This document shows positions 25,908 to 40,158 of a stretch of DNA of 64,000 bases, one piece after another. A program made the translations under genes and the position numbers. This DNA comes from Eledone cirrhosa. Taxonomy: Eukaryota. The notes under the pieces were generated by a model. That model worked only from the letters and a program-made list of their open reading frames with translations, was not told where the DNA came from and did not search any database. The stretch covers positions 203,360,001-203,424,000 of the forward strand of contig OZ024740.1 of NCBI GenBank assembly GCA_964016885.1, given 5' to 3'. Numbering within the stretch: position 1 is the stretch's first letter; each line of letters starts with the position of its first letter.

Positions 25908-26757
25908 ATATATTTATTGATAATAACAACAATTCAAACTTTCAGGTCCGTTTGGGAACAAAATTGACCAATGAAAATACAGAAGGTTTAATGCAGTTCG
26001 GTGTGTGTATATACATGTAACAAACCTTACACATATTTTACAAAAATGTATGCAGAACCTGTATGCGCATACAAAAAGGATGGATGCAAATACAAAATTT
26101 CAAGGTTAATGTCTCTGTAAGTTTATAATGCACAGATAAGATGCGTATAGATACATAAATATGAAATAAGTGTATACACATATTTTCATACTAACACATA
26201 TCAGTACAATCACACATACACGCGCGTATATGCATAGACATACACATAAACTACGAACATACAAACACACACACATCCCCACTCACATATATATATGTGG
26301 ATATAAAATCCTAAGCACATGGATATTAATTCACTCACATAAACACTGGCACACACATTTAGATAAAGATACAGAAATTAGGTGGGAGGGGGGGGGAGAG
26401 GTCAGTATTCAACGGTTTGGGCTGACTGCTTAATATAGATGTATCTATAAGCTAAGAAAATAAAAAATAATAAATAATAAATAAACATTAAAAAGGAAAG
26501 AAAAGAAAAAGAAAAAAGAAAAAAGAAAAAAGAAATATATCAAGAAAATATATATATATATATATATATGTAGATAAATCTACCAAGAGTTTACGGTAGT
26601 GTCCAATCCGTATGAAGAACTCAATGTATTCCGGATATCATGGAAAGAAGAGATGTAATGAAAAACCACTTTCGGTGAAAGATAAACGGTATACAGAGTC
26701 AAGATAAAATATTAAACAAATAATGAATAAACAATTCCTTATATTAAACAAAAAAAG

Positions 26758-26912
26758 TTCATTATTTAACGATCGTTTCTAGGGTATATATGTGTTATAA
26801 TTGGTATGCATATTCAACAGATCTATGTACAAAATTATACAAAATTATACAAATTATCAAGATTAAATATACATACCAAACACATATATACGCCGTCTTC
26901 AGAAATAATGAA
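26758..26912 (-). ncRNA. Hammerhead ribozyme with very long stem II (copy A, sense to ORF)
   Basis: Reverse complement of 32101-32255. Confidence 0.78.
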
Positions 26913-27727
26913 GTATATTTATTGATAATAACAACAATTCAAAATTTCAGTTCAAAATTGACCAATGAAAACACAAAGGGTTAAAAGCAGTTCGGTGTGT
27001 GTATATACATGTAAAACCCTTACACATATTTTACAAAATGTATGTATAATTTGTATACGCATACTAAAAAGATGGATGCAAACACAAAATTTCAAGGTTA
27101 ATATCTCTGTAAGCTTACAATGCGCAGATAAGATGCGCATTGATACTTATGGAGTCAAGTATATAAATATATTTTTTCATACTCACACATATCAGTACAA
27201 TCACACATACACGCGCGTATATGCATAAATATACACATAACCACGAACATACAAACACACACACACCCCCACTCACATTTATATATGTGGATATAAAATC
27301 ATAAGCACATGGATATTAATTCACTCACATAAAACACTGGCACACACATTTCTAGATCAAGATACAGAAATTAGGTGGGAGGGGGGGGAGGGGTCAGTAT
27401 TCAATTGTCTGAGCAGACTGCCTAATATAAATGTATCTATAAATTAAGAAAAATAAAAAAATAAAACAATAAAATATAATAAATATAATATAATATACAT
27501 ACACATACAGATATATACACATACATACATGTACGCGCACATAGAAATATTTACGCATACACACATACACACATACATATACAGTCATACACACACATAC
27601 ACTTACACGAACATACACATACACATATATAAAGATATATATATACACACACACACACACGCAACACATACACACATACACATATATATAAAAAATAAAT
27701 AATAAAGATATATATCCATATATATAT

Positions 27728-27770
<43 letters not shown>

Positions 27771-27849
27771 CATACACATACATCTAAATATACATACACA
27801 TACATACACACATACATGTACATACATGTACATACATATACGCACATCG

Positions 27850-27892
<43 letters not shown>

Positions 27893-28195
27893 TAGACATA
27901 TAGATACATACACACACAACTTACATACACACATATATATATATAGATGTACATTCATACACAGAATTAGATATATAATCATACATACATATGCACCTAC
28001 TTATACTCATATATATAAATACATACGCTTCCATATATGCGTATATACATAAAAAACACTACAACCTCACCTAACTCAGACATACAAATAAAAATAATAA
28101 TAAAAAGGCATATGTATATACATACACACACGCATTAATAGAGATATATATATATACACACATACATACACATATATATATACATATATATACAC

Positions 28196-28226
<31 letters not shown>

Positions 28227-28337
28227 TACACTCATACATATATATATATATATATATACACATATATATCCACACACTCATACCACCATAAATACACATA
28301 CAAACACCCACATATATATATATATATATACACACGT

Positions 28338-28368
<31 letters not shown>

Positions 28369-30388
28369 CACATAAAAAACAGACATGCACATATATATAT
28401 ATATATTTTTTTACACTTATATATACATATATTATATACACATACACAACCTCACTTATACACATATACACATAAGTTATATTATAATAATAAAGAATAA
28501 TATACATATATATATATACATATACATATATATATATATATATACATACATACATACACATACATACATACACATAAACATATACATACATAAATACATA
28601 CATACGAATAAAGACATATATTCACACATAGACACCTATATATATATATATATCTATATATATATATACATATATATATATATACACACACACACATACA
28701 CAGACACATATACACACTCACATATATATATGTGTATGTGTGCGTGCGCACATACACATATATACACACACACATACAAACACACACAAACACATACATA
28801 TGCATACGTGCACACACACACACATATATCACATAGATACGAAGATAAACATATAAATAGAGAGACATACATATATATACAACACACATACACACACATA
28901 CATACACACGCATATACATATACATATATATATATATACATATATATATTCCTATATATACAAGCATACACATACATACACATATATACACATACATACA
29001 CATATACATACACACATTCACATACACATACATATATAATGCATATATATACATATATATACATACATATGTACACTCATATATACACACGCAATCTTAC
29101 ATTCATATTTGCATGCGCATATATGTATTTTTATATTTAGATATAAATACCCAAACCTATATAGACACCTACCTACATATATATTCATACATAGACGCTT
29201 ACAAATACAGATGATAATAGTATGGGGGAAAGGGGGGGTTTGGAGAAGGGGATCAAAGTAAATATATGTTTCAAGAAACATATAATATTTTCCGTATCTT
29301 TATCCAATGTATGTTCTTACATATTTTCAGTGCTAGGAAATACGACAAACAAGAACTAAGGCAAAATCTATGCATCTCAAAATAAATAAGTATACCATTA
29401 ATCATATGTTAACTAAACCAAAGATAGTCAACATATTGATTTCTAAGGTGTAAATTAGTTAGGTTTATAATATTTGAAGCAGAATTTTGAAGTCAAACAG
29501 TAGTAGATTATTAATTACAGTATAACTAAATTAAAGTTAATAACGTTATGGTATCAATATTAGGAAATGAATTTAGTAATAGGGAAAAGAAACCCAAATA
29601 AAAATAAAATAAAGTATTACATCGGTAGTAGCATATAAATTATATGTTAACTAAATTAAAAATTATATATTTATTTCAATAGTATATGTTAATTAGGTAT
29701 ACAATACATAAAGCAGATATTGTATTTCATCAATAGCATAATATAATTATATGCAAATAGAAATCAAAATTAATACGCATACATATACATATACATACAC
29801 ATACACATATACATACATATACACACATATATATATATATATATATATACATATATACACATATATACATACATACAGATACACATACACACACACACAT
29901 ACACATACACATATACATATACATATCTTTTTCAAAAAATTGCACAGAATATATTAACTAGGTATATATCCAAAACACATCCCATTCTATGATTACATGA
30001 CATTCTGCAATTCGTCTGTATAAGGATACTAATTTTAAGCAAATTAAAATTAAAATTTTTAGGTTGATTAAAACTAAAACCAAATAATAAATATATTTCC
30101 AAAATGTATATTAATTAGGTCTATAATACTAAAAATTATTTCTCTGTCATTGGATACACGATATTATTTTGTTATATTTTATCTATAAAAGAGTTATAAT
30201 AAAAGGTTTAAATAAATTAAAATTAATCTATAAATTAAATTACTAAGTATATATTAGTAATATTTAAAGGTTTTTCACAATTTATGATTACATAATATTT
30301 TATATTCTCATCTGTAATAAAATATTAATTAAATTAAATTTATAGGTTAACTAACATTTAAATTAAATTAATTTCTAGAATAATGTTA

Positions 30389-31980
30389 TTAATTAGGTTT
30401 ATAATATTTAAATGTTTTTTTTAGTTTATGATTACACGATATAATTAATTCCTGTCGTTTATTTAATAAGATATCCTTAGACTTCATTATTTCAAATAGT
30501 TCTTGGGAACATAATCTACATTCATTTCTATTATTTTGATAAGGGGTGGCTCTTTTGAGCACACTCCAGGTCAAATCATATTTTATATTCTTATTTTTAT
30601 AACTATTGATTTTTTCTGCTAGAGATGTTGTATTAGCCAGTGCGGCATTTTTAAAACTATGCTTGTGGGTATTAAACCTTGTCTTAAAATTGTTAGAGGT
30701 AGCTCCTATATATGAGCAAATAGAATCTTTAGTTTTAACATTACATTTATAGACTATGTTGTTAACAAGACAATTCCCTTTTAATGGGCAGTTTGCTTTG
30801 TTTCTACAGTTACATCCTTTCGTTAATTCTGTATTTGAGGAGATATTATGGTTAATTTGATGTACTGGTGGTATACTTATGGTTTTCTTACATTTATATG
30901 CATTATATGTACTTATATTTTGTTTTATGTTATTTGTTGTAGAGTATGAGAATTTAACTGTAGACCTATTTAAGATTTGATGGTATTTGTGGTTTGGCGG
31001 GAAGTTTTTCTCAAGGATATAAAAAAATTTTTTAGCAATATTATCCTTAACTTGTAAATTAAAAGGAGCATTATACCAAGTAACCCGTCTATTACGGTTT
31101 CTATGTTGTTTATTATTTTTATTATTTTTATAGGTTGTATCGTGATTTTTACTAGGAGGATTAATGTTAATGATCTCACCACAACTATTTTTAGTTATAT
31201 TTGTAGATTTAGGTGTTTTATCTTTTTTATTAGGAGTTTTATTATTAATATTTATTATAGTTGTATGATGAGTAGTTTTTTGAGGGTTACTATACTTTAT
31301 ATTAGAAGATTTAGTATTTTGGGGTATATTGTGGGTGGCATTTAGGTGTGTACTTTTCATTTGGTGTTTGTTGGTAATATTATGTTGTATGCTTTCAGTA
31401 TTTTTAGTAGAAGGTATATACTCTAATCTATTTTTGTGGCCACTTCTATCTAGAGCTTCATTATAAAAGGTCGCATTTTTATCAAATACATCTTGGTTAG
31501 AAGAAAGGTTAGAAATTCTAAGTGATATATTATATGCAAGGTTTTTAAGGATAGATTTAGGGTGATTAGATTGTGAGTGTATGTAATGTAAGTTTTGGTT
31601 AGGTTTATGGTAAGGTTGGTAGATACCCGTAGCTAAATCTAAAGTTATATCTAGGAAATTTACTACTTTACTTGTTTTTTCAAAAGTAATATTAAGATTA
31701 TAATAGTCTTTAAGGAAAGTTCTAATATGTTTTTTGTTTTTTTCGATTTCTGAAAGGCTAAGGTTGTTAGAAAGAAGAAGACAGTCATCACGATATAAAC
31801 CACCTTTGAGGTGGGGAAAAGAGGCATTTATGTTGAAAAGGAGAAAGAGGCCCACAAGATCAGTAATTTGGGCGGAATCGCTTGAACCCATAGTAATATC
31901 AAAAAGATTACTGTATGTGTTTCTGGTCCAGTATTCATTCTGAAATTCAATAAGTGTTAGTCTAGCATGTGTAATAATGT
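30389..31980 (-). CDS. Penelope-like element RT (C-terminal half) + GIY-YIG endonuclease, 5'-truncated but uninterrupted
   Basis: ITMGSSDSAQITDLVG, GLYRDD, VNFLDITLDL, RRVTWYNAPF, CxCx5C linker (CNCRNKANC), NIVYKC...YIGAT..FKTRFNTH and CRLCSQE. The first ~11 codons of the listed ORF come from the inverted pLTR. Confidence 0.95.
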
Positions 31981-32100
31981 AAAATATGTGTAAGGGTTTT
32001 ACATGTATATACACACACCGAACTGCTTTTAACCCTTTGTGTTTTCATTGGTCAATTTTGAACTGAAATTTTGAATTGTTGTTATTATCAATAAATATAC

Positions 32101-32255
32101 TTCATTATTTCTGAAGACGGCGTATATATGTGTTTGGTATGTATATTTAATCTTGATAATTTGTATAATTTTGTATAATTTTGTACATAGATCTGTTGAA
32201 TATGCATACCAATTATAACACATATATACCCTAGAAACGATCGTTAAATAATGAA
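32101..32255 (+). ncRNA. Type I hammerhead ribozyme with ~116-nt stem II
   Basis: TTCATTATTT-CTGAAGA-[GTATATATGTGT/ACACATATATAC, TTGGTATGTATATT/AATATGCATACCAA]-GAAAC-GATC-GTT-AAATAATGAA. Perfect 10-bp stem I. Confidence 0.8.
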
Positions 32256-32306
32256 CTTTTTTTGTTTAATATAAGGAATTGTTTATTCATTATTTGTTTA
32301 ATATTT

Positions 32307-32368
<62 letters not shown>

Positions 32369-32524
32369 CACATACACACACACACACACATATATATACA
32401 TACACATATACAAACACATACATACATATACACACATCCACACTTAGAACATACATACACACACATATATAAACATATACATATACACACATACATACAT
32501 ATACACACATACATATAAATACAC

Positions 32525-32581
<57 letters not shown>

Positions 32582-32904
32582 CACTCATACATACACATAT
32601 AATCACACATACTATATAGACACACATATATATACACACATACACACACATATACATACACTTACATACATATATACATACAGATATACACATACATACC
32701 TATATATACACACAAATACATACAGACATATATACATACATACAGACAAATACTTACGCATCTATATATCGGTATATACATACAAACACCACTACACTCT
32801 CACACAACTCAGACATACAAAGAAAAAGGTATATACCCATACACATATACATATACAAATAGAGAAACATATACATATATATATACATATATACACACAT
32901 ATAT

Positions 32905-32959
<55 letters not shown>

Positions 32960-33188
32960 CACATACACACATACACATATACACATACATACACATACAT
33001 ACATGTACACACGCATAGATATACATATACACACACATACACACATACACATACATACATAGTCATACACACACATATACCTACACGAACATACACATAC
33101 ACATATACAAATATATATATACACACACACACACACATACACACACACACATACACACACACACATATATATAAAAAAAATAAAATAA

Positions 33189-33255
<67 letters not shown>

Positions 33256-34617
33256 CATACACAAACATACACACATACATAGACATATATGTACATACAT
33301 ACATATACATAGATACATACACACACATACATACATATATATATACACACATAGACATATACATACATACACACACAACATACATACACACATATATACT
33401 CATACATAGAATTAGATATATAATCATACATACATACGCACTTACATATACTCATATATACACATACAAACGCATCCATATATGCGTATATACATAGAAA
33501 CAAAAATTATTTCTCTGTCATTGTATCCAATGACAGAGAAATAATTTTTAGTATTATAGACCTAATTAATATACATTTTAGAAATATATTTAAAATTTGG
33601 TTTTAATTTTAATCAACCTAAAAATTTAATTTAATTGGCTTAAAATTAATATCCTTATACAGACGAATTGCAGAATGTCATCTAATCATAGAATGGGATG
33701 TGTTTTGGATTTATACCTAGTTAATATATTCTTTGCAATTTTTGAAAAAATATGTATATGTATATGTGTATGTGTATGTGTGTGCGTATGTATATGTGTA
33801 TATATGTATATATATATGTATATATATGTATATATATATGTGTATGTATATGTATATGTATATGTATTAATTTTGATTTCTATTTGCATATAATTATATT
33901 CTGCTATTGATAAAATACAATATCTGTTTTATTTATTATATACCTAATTAACATATACTATAGAAATAAATATATAATTTTTAATTTAATTAACCCACAT
34001 TTTATATTCTACTACCGATGTAATACTTTATTTGTTTTTTCCCTATTACTAAATTCATTTCCTAATATTGATACCATAAAGTTATTAACTTTAATTTAGT
34101 TATACTATAATTAATACTCTACTACTATTTAACTTCAAAATTCTGCTTCAAATATTATAAACCTAACTAATTTACACCTTAGAAATCAATATGTTAACTA
34201 TCTTTAGTTTAGTTAACATATAATTAATGGTATACTTATTTATTTTGAAATGCATAAATTTTGCCTTATTTCTTGTTTATTGTATTTCCTAACACTGATA
34301 CTATGTAAAAACATACATTGGATATAGATATGGATAATATTCTATGTTTCTTGAAACATATATTTACTATATTCCCCTTCTCTAACCCCCCCCCCTTTCC
34401 CCCATACTATTATCATCTGTGTTTGTAAGCGTGTATGTATGAATATATATATAGGTAGGTGTGTATATATATTTGGGTATTTATATCTGAATATAAAAAT
34501 ACATATATGCGCATGCAAATAAGAATGTATGATTGTGTGTGTATATATATATATGTGTGTATGTATGTGTATATGTGTATATATGCATGTGTATATATGT
34601 GTGTATGTGTATGTCTG

Positions 34618-34700
<83 letters not shown>

Positions 34701-35276
34701 GTATATATGTGTGTGTATGTATGTATGTATATGTGTGTGTGTATATATATGTATGTCTCTCTATTTATACGTCTATCTTCGTATCTATGTGGATATATGT
34801 GTGTGTGTGCATGTATACACATATATGTGTTTATGTGTATATGTGTGTATGTATATATATATGTGTGTGTGCACACACATATATATATATATGTGAATGT
34901 GTATATGTGTGTGTGTGTATATGTATGTGTATGTATATATGTATATATATCTATGTGTGTATATATGTCTATATTCGTATGTGTGTATATATATATATAT
35001 ATATGTATATGTGTATATATATATATATATATGTATGTGTATATATATATATATTATTTATTATTATAATATAACTTATGTGTATGTGTATATGTGAGGG
35101 TGTGTATATGTGTATATATATGTGTATATATATGTGTAAAAAAATATATATATGTGCATGTCTGTTTTTTATGTGTGTGTATATATATATATATATATGT
35201 GTATATATATATATATATGTGGGTGTTTGTATGTGTATTTATGGTTGTATGTGTGTGTGGGTATATGTATATAAGT

Positions 35277-35318
<42 letters not shown>

Positions 35319-35649
35319 ATATATATCTCTATTAATGCGTGTATATATGTATATGTATATGCCTTTTTCTTTGTATGTCTGAGTTGGGTGAGGGTGTAGT
35401 GGTGTTTCTATGTATATACGCATATATGGATGCGTTTGTATGTGTATATATGAGTATATGTAAGTGCGTATGTATGTATGATTATATATCTAATTCTATG
35501 TATGAGTATATATGTGTGTATGTATGTTGTGTGTGTATGTATGTATATGTCTATGTGTGTATATATATATGTATGTATGTGTGTGTATGTATCTATGTAT
35601 ATGTATGTATGTACATATATGTCTATGTATGTGTGTATGTTTGTGTATG

Positions 35650-35728
<79 letters not shown>

Positions 35729-35941
35729 TTATTTTATTTTTTTTATATATATGTGTGTGTGTGTATGTGTGTGTGTGTGTATATATATCTTTGTATATGT
35801 GTATGTGTATGTTCGTGTAGGTATATGTGTGTGTATGACTATGTATGTATGTGTATGTGTGTATGTGTGTGTATATGTATATCTATGCGTGTGTACATGT
35901 ATGTATGTGTATGTATGTGTATATGTGTATGTGTGTATGTG

Positions 35942-35984
<43 letters not shown>

Positions 35985-36307
35985 ATATATGTGTGTATAT
36001 ATGTATATATATATGTATATGTTTCTCTATTTGTATATGTATATGTGTATGGGTATATACCTTTTTCTTTGTATGTCTGAGTTGTGTGAGAGTGTAGTGG
36101 TGTTTGTATGTATATACCGATATATAGATGCGTAAGTATTTGTCTGTATGTATGTATATATGTCTGTATGTATTTGTGTGTATATATAGGTATGTATGTG
36201 TATATCTGTATGTATATATGTATGTAAGTGTATGTATATGTGTGTGTATGTGTGTATATATATGTGTGTCTATATAGTATGTGTGATTATATGTGTATGT
36301 ATGAGTG

Positions 36308-36372
<65 letters not shown>

Positions 36373-36528
36373 GTGTATTTATATGTATGTGTGTATATGT
36401 ATGTATGTGTGTATATGTATATGTTTATATATGTGTGTGTATGTATGTTCTAAGTGTGGATGTGTGTATATGTATGTATGTGTTTGTATATGTGTATGTA
36501 TATATATGTGTGTGTGTGTGTGTATGTG

Positions 36529-36604
<76 letters not shown>

Positions 36605-37240
36605 CTTGATATATTTCTTTTTTCTTTTTTCTTTTTTCTTTTTCTTTTCTTTCCTTTTTAATGTTTATTTATTATTTATTATTTTTTATTTTCTTAGCTT
36701 ATAGATACATCTATATTAAGCAGTCAGCCCAAACCGTTGAATACTGACCTCTCCCCCCCCTCCCACCTAATTTCTGTATCTTTATCTAAATGTGTGTGCC
36801 AGTGTTTATGTGAGTGAATTAATATCCATGTGCTTAGGATTTTATATCCACATATATATATGTGAGTGGGGATGTGTGTGTGTTTGTATGTTCGTAGTTT
36901 ATGTGTATGTCTATGCATATACGCGCGTGTATGTGTGATTGTACTGATATGTGTTAGTATGAAAATATGTGTATACACTTATTTCATATTTATGTATCTA
37001 TACGCATCTTATCTGTGCATTATAAACTTACAGAGACATTAACCTTGAAATTTTGTATTTGCATCCATCCTTTTTGTATGCGCATACAGGTTCTGCATAC
37101 ATTTTTGTAAAATATGTGTAAGGTTTGTTACATGTATATACACACACCGAACTGCATTAAACCTTCTGTATTTTCATTGGTCAATTTTGTTCCCAAACGG
37201 ACCTGAAAGTTTGAATTGTTGTTATTATCAATAAATATAT

Positions 37241-37394
37241 TTCATTATTTCTGAAGACGGCGTATATATGTGTTGGTATGTATATTTAATCTTGATAGTT
37301 TGTATAATTTTGTATAATTTTGTACATAGATCTGTTGAATATGCATGCCAACTCTAACACATATATATCCTAGAAACGATCGTTAAATAATGAA
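37241..37394 (+). ncRNA. Hammerhead ribozyme with very long stem II (copy B, right arm)
   Basis: Same core and stem I as 32101-32255. Substitutions are confined to stem II. Confidence 0.75.
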
Positions 37395-37516
37395 CTTTTT
37401 TTGTTTAATATAAGGAATTGTTTATTCATTATTTGTTTAATATTTTATATATATATATATATATATATTAAGAGAGTAAAACAAAGAAGCCTTCAATACA
37501 TCAAAAGTCTTTATTA

Positions 37517-37554
37517 GCCGACAATGTTTCGTCCTATTAAGAACTCATCAGGGC
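37517..37554 (-). ncRNA. Minimal type I hammerhead ribozyme
   Basis: Reverse complement of 39877-39914 with one G-U substitution in stem II. Confidence 0.85.
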
Positions 37555-38389
37555 AATTAAAACAACAAGAAGTAATATCGGCAGATACAAGCCGGAAGCT
37601 CCGAAGAATATGGAGTGTACATACACTAAAGTATTGCAAAAATAAATAATAAAAATAATAAAAATATATAATAAAAATTACTAAGGATGTATATAACATT
37701 AAGAACCATATTACAAATATAGTCCAAAGCTAAAAAACCTAGCGCTAAACAAAGGTGGTTATATAGAGCAGGAATTATATATAATACAATGTAATATAAT
37801 ATAATATAATATACCTTTACCAACATTAAAATTACAATAAAAATCAAAAGGTACAATATGCATATGTATATATGTGCGCACACGTACACACACATACACA
37901 TACAACAATACACACATCCATCTTCAACTGCACAAATTAAACCTTATTAAGAGTTTGAATATAAAAATAAGCATGATAGGAATGAAAATAATAATAATAA
38001 TAATACTAATACATCTACCCAATATACATGAGGTAATAATATGATATAATTATAAGTAGCACATATAATAAATAATAAACAATACAATTATATACTATAT
38101 AATACAATATAATAGAATAGATAATCTCCGGTTAATTTACACAAACAATATAGATGTCACAATAATAATATAATAATAATATACTAACATTTATAATATA
38201 CAATATACTAACATTTATAATAAACAATATAAAGGTACTCAAGTGAACAAATCAATTCATACTGGGTTACAGAGTAGGTGAGGAAAAATAAATTGTACAA
38301 TACCCCACAAAAAATGTTGATGGTACAAAAAATACAAACATCTTACATGATATATAAAGTTTAACATATCATAATGTTACATATAATTA

Positions 38390-38561
38390 ACTGTTTCTAC
38401 TTTAGGCACAAGGCCAGCAATAACCCAGTGCATTACTGGTACTTTATTTTATCGACCCCGTAAAGATGAAAGGCAAAGTCAACCTCGGCGGGATTTGAAC
38501 TCAAATCGTAAAGGGACGTAACTATGCTGGAAAGCATGGCTTCCGACCCTCTACCGATACT
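38390..38561 (-). mobile_element. Nin/Deu-like SINE inserted in left arm only
   Basis: Family sequence, absent from the matching position of the right arm (~38860). Confidence 0.88.
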
Positions 38562-39442
38562 ATAATTAATGGTAAGTAATAAGGATCAATATTACAATAA
38601 AAAATACAATATAATATAATATATTGTATTATATTGTATAAATATAATCATAGTCAATTTGGAGGGGTTGACAATAAGTTTATGTGCGCATGGGGGGGGG
38701 GGACTGTCTGGCACTTACTCACTCATCCATATACATGTCTGTCTACCAACCTTGTAATTATAAGTAATTATATATTATATTATGTTAATTTATTTTATAT
38801 AATATATTATATTATATTGTATTTTTTATTGTAATATTGATCCTTATTACTTACCGTTAATTATATGTAACATTATGATATGTTAAACTTTATATATCAT
38901 GTAAGATGTTTGTATTTTTTGTACCATCAACATTTTTTGGGGGGTATTGTACAATTTATTTTTCCTCACCTACTCTGTAACCCAGTATGAATTGATTTGT
39001 TCACTTGAGTACCATTATATATTGTTTATTATAAAATGTTAGTATATTGTATATTATAAATGTTAGTATATTATTATTATATTATTATTGTGACATCTAT
39101 ATTGTTTGTGTAAATTAACCGGAGATTATCTATTCTATTATATTGTATTATATAGTATATAATTGTATTGTTTATTATTTATTATATGTGCTACTTATAA
39201 TTATATCATATTATTACCTCATGTATATTGGGTAGATGTATTAGTATTATTATTATTATTATTTTCATTCCTATCATGCTTATTTTTATATTCAAACTCT
39301 TAATAAGGTTTAATTTGTGCAGTTGAAGATGGATGTGTGTATTGTTGTATGTGTATGTGTGTGTACGTGTGCGCACATATATACATATGCATATTGTACC
39401 TTTTGATTTTTATTGTAATTTTAATGTTGGTAAAGGTATATT

Positions 39443-39626
39443 GTGGATTGGCAGTATCGGTAGAGGGTCGGACGCCATGCTTTGACGCATAGAGTTACGG
39501 CCCTTGCCATTCTGAGTTCAAATCCCGCCGAGGTTAACTTTGCCTTTCATCCTTATGGGGTCGATAAAATAAAGTACCAGTAATACACTGGGTGATCGCT
39601 GGCCTTGTGCCAAAAGTAGAAACAAT
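39443..39626 (+). mobile_element. Nin/Deu-like SINE inserted in right arm only
   Basis: Nearly identical to 19167-19331, absent from the matching position of the left arm (~37805). Confidence 0.88.
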
Positions 39627-39876
39627 TATATTATATTACATTGTATTATATATAATTCCTGCTCTATATAACCACCTTTGTTTAGCTCTAGGTTTTTTTT
39701 GCTTTGGACTATATTTGTAATATGGTTCTTAATGTTATATACATCCTTAGTAATTTTTATTATATATTTTTATTATTTTTATTATATATTTTTGCAATAC
39801 TTTAGTGTATGTACACTCCATATTCTTCGGAGCTTCCGGCTTGTATCTGCCGATATTACTTCTTGTTGTTTTAATT

Positions 39877-39914
39877 GCCCTGATGAGTCCTTAATAGGAC
39901 GAAACATTGTCGGC
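39877..39914 (+). ncRNA. Minimal type I hammerhead ribozyme
   Basis: GCC-CTGATGA-GTCCT-TAAT-AGGAC-GAAAC-ATT-GTC-GGC, followed by AATAAA. Confidence 0.9.
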
Positions 39915-40061
39915 TAATAAAGACTTTTGATGTATTGAAGGCTTCTTTGTTTTACTCTCTTAATTTTTCGGCTCTGTTTAACTACATTGAGCTATACCTT
40001 TTACTGTCATTTCTATAATACGAAGAGGGTGTTTAACTCCAACACGCTCCAGTATTTTAAC

Positions 40062-40158
<97 letters not shown>

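Larger units (their letters stand above)
26570..32309 (-). mobile_element. Inner PLE copy A: 5'-truncated ORF, 3.7-kb microsatellite-rich 3' region, pLTR and tail, with inverted pLTR at 31979-32309
   Basis: 26704-27034 is the reverse complement of 31979-32309 (the ORF track shows identical peptides). Inserted in a (TA)n tract of copy B. Confidence 0.9.
25563..37449. mobile_element. Outer fold-back PLE copy B (non-coding): left arm 25563-26550 + 32310-33501, turn 33502-33548, right arm ~33522-37449
   Basis: 25700-26550 is the reverse complement of 36598-37448, and 32310-33501 of ~35404-36600. Homologous to the 3' UTR of inner copy A. (TA)n on both sides. Confidence 0.85.
37468..40065. mobile_element. 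Non-coding fold-back PLE-type element (arms ~37468-38625 and ~38790-39963, tail 39964-40065)
   Basis: Long inverted repeat with a hammerhead near each outer end and (TA)n on both sides. A separate SINE sits in each arm. Confidence 0.85.

Noticed and set aside
32172-32250. Alternative hammerhead core CTGTTGA at ~32193
   Set aside because: It lacks A6 and a stem I. The upstream CTGAAGA gives a perfect 10-bp stem I.
27394-36704. Dozens of YIYI/VCVC/HTHT ORFs (also 4156-4555, 47935-49084, 54416-55425, 57156-57552)
   Set aside because: Translations of TA/CA microsatellites, which lack stop codons by composition.
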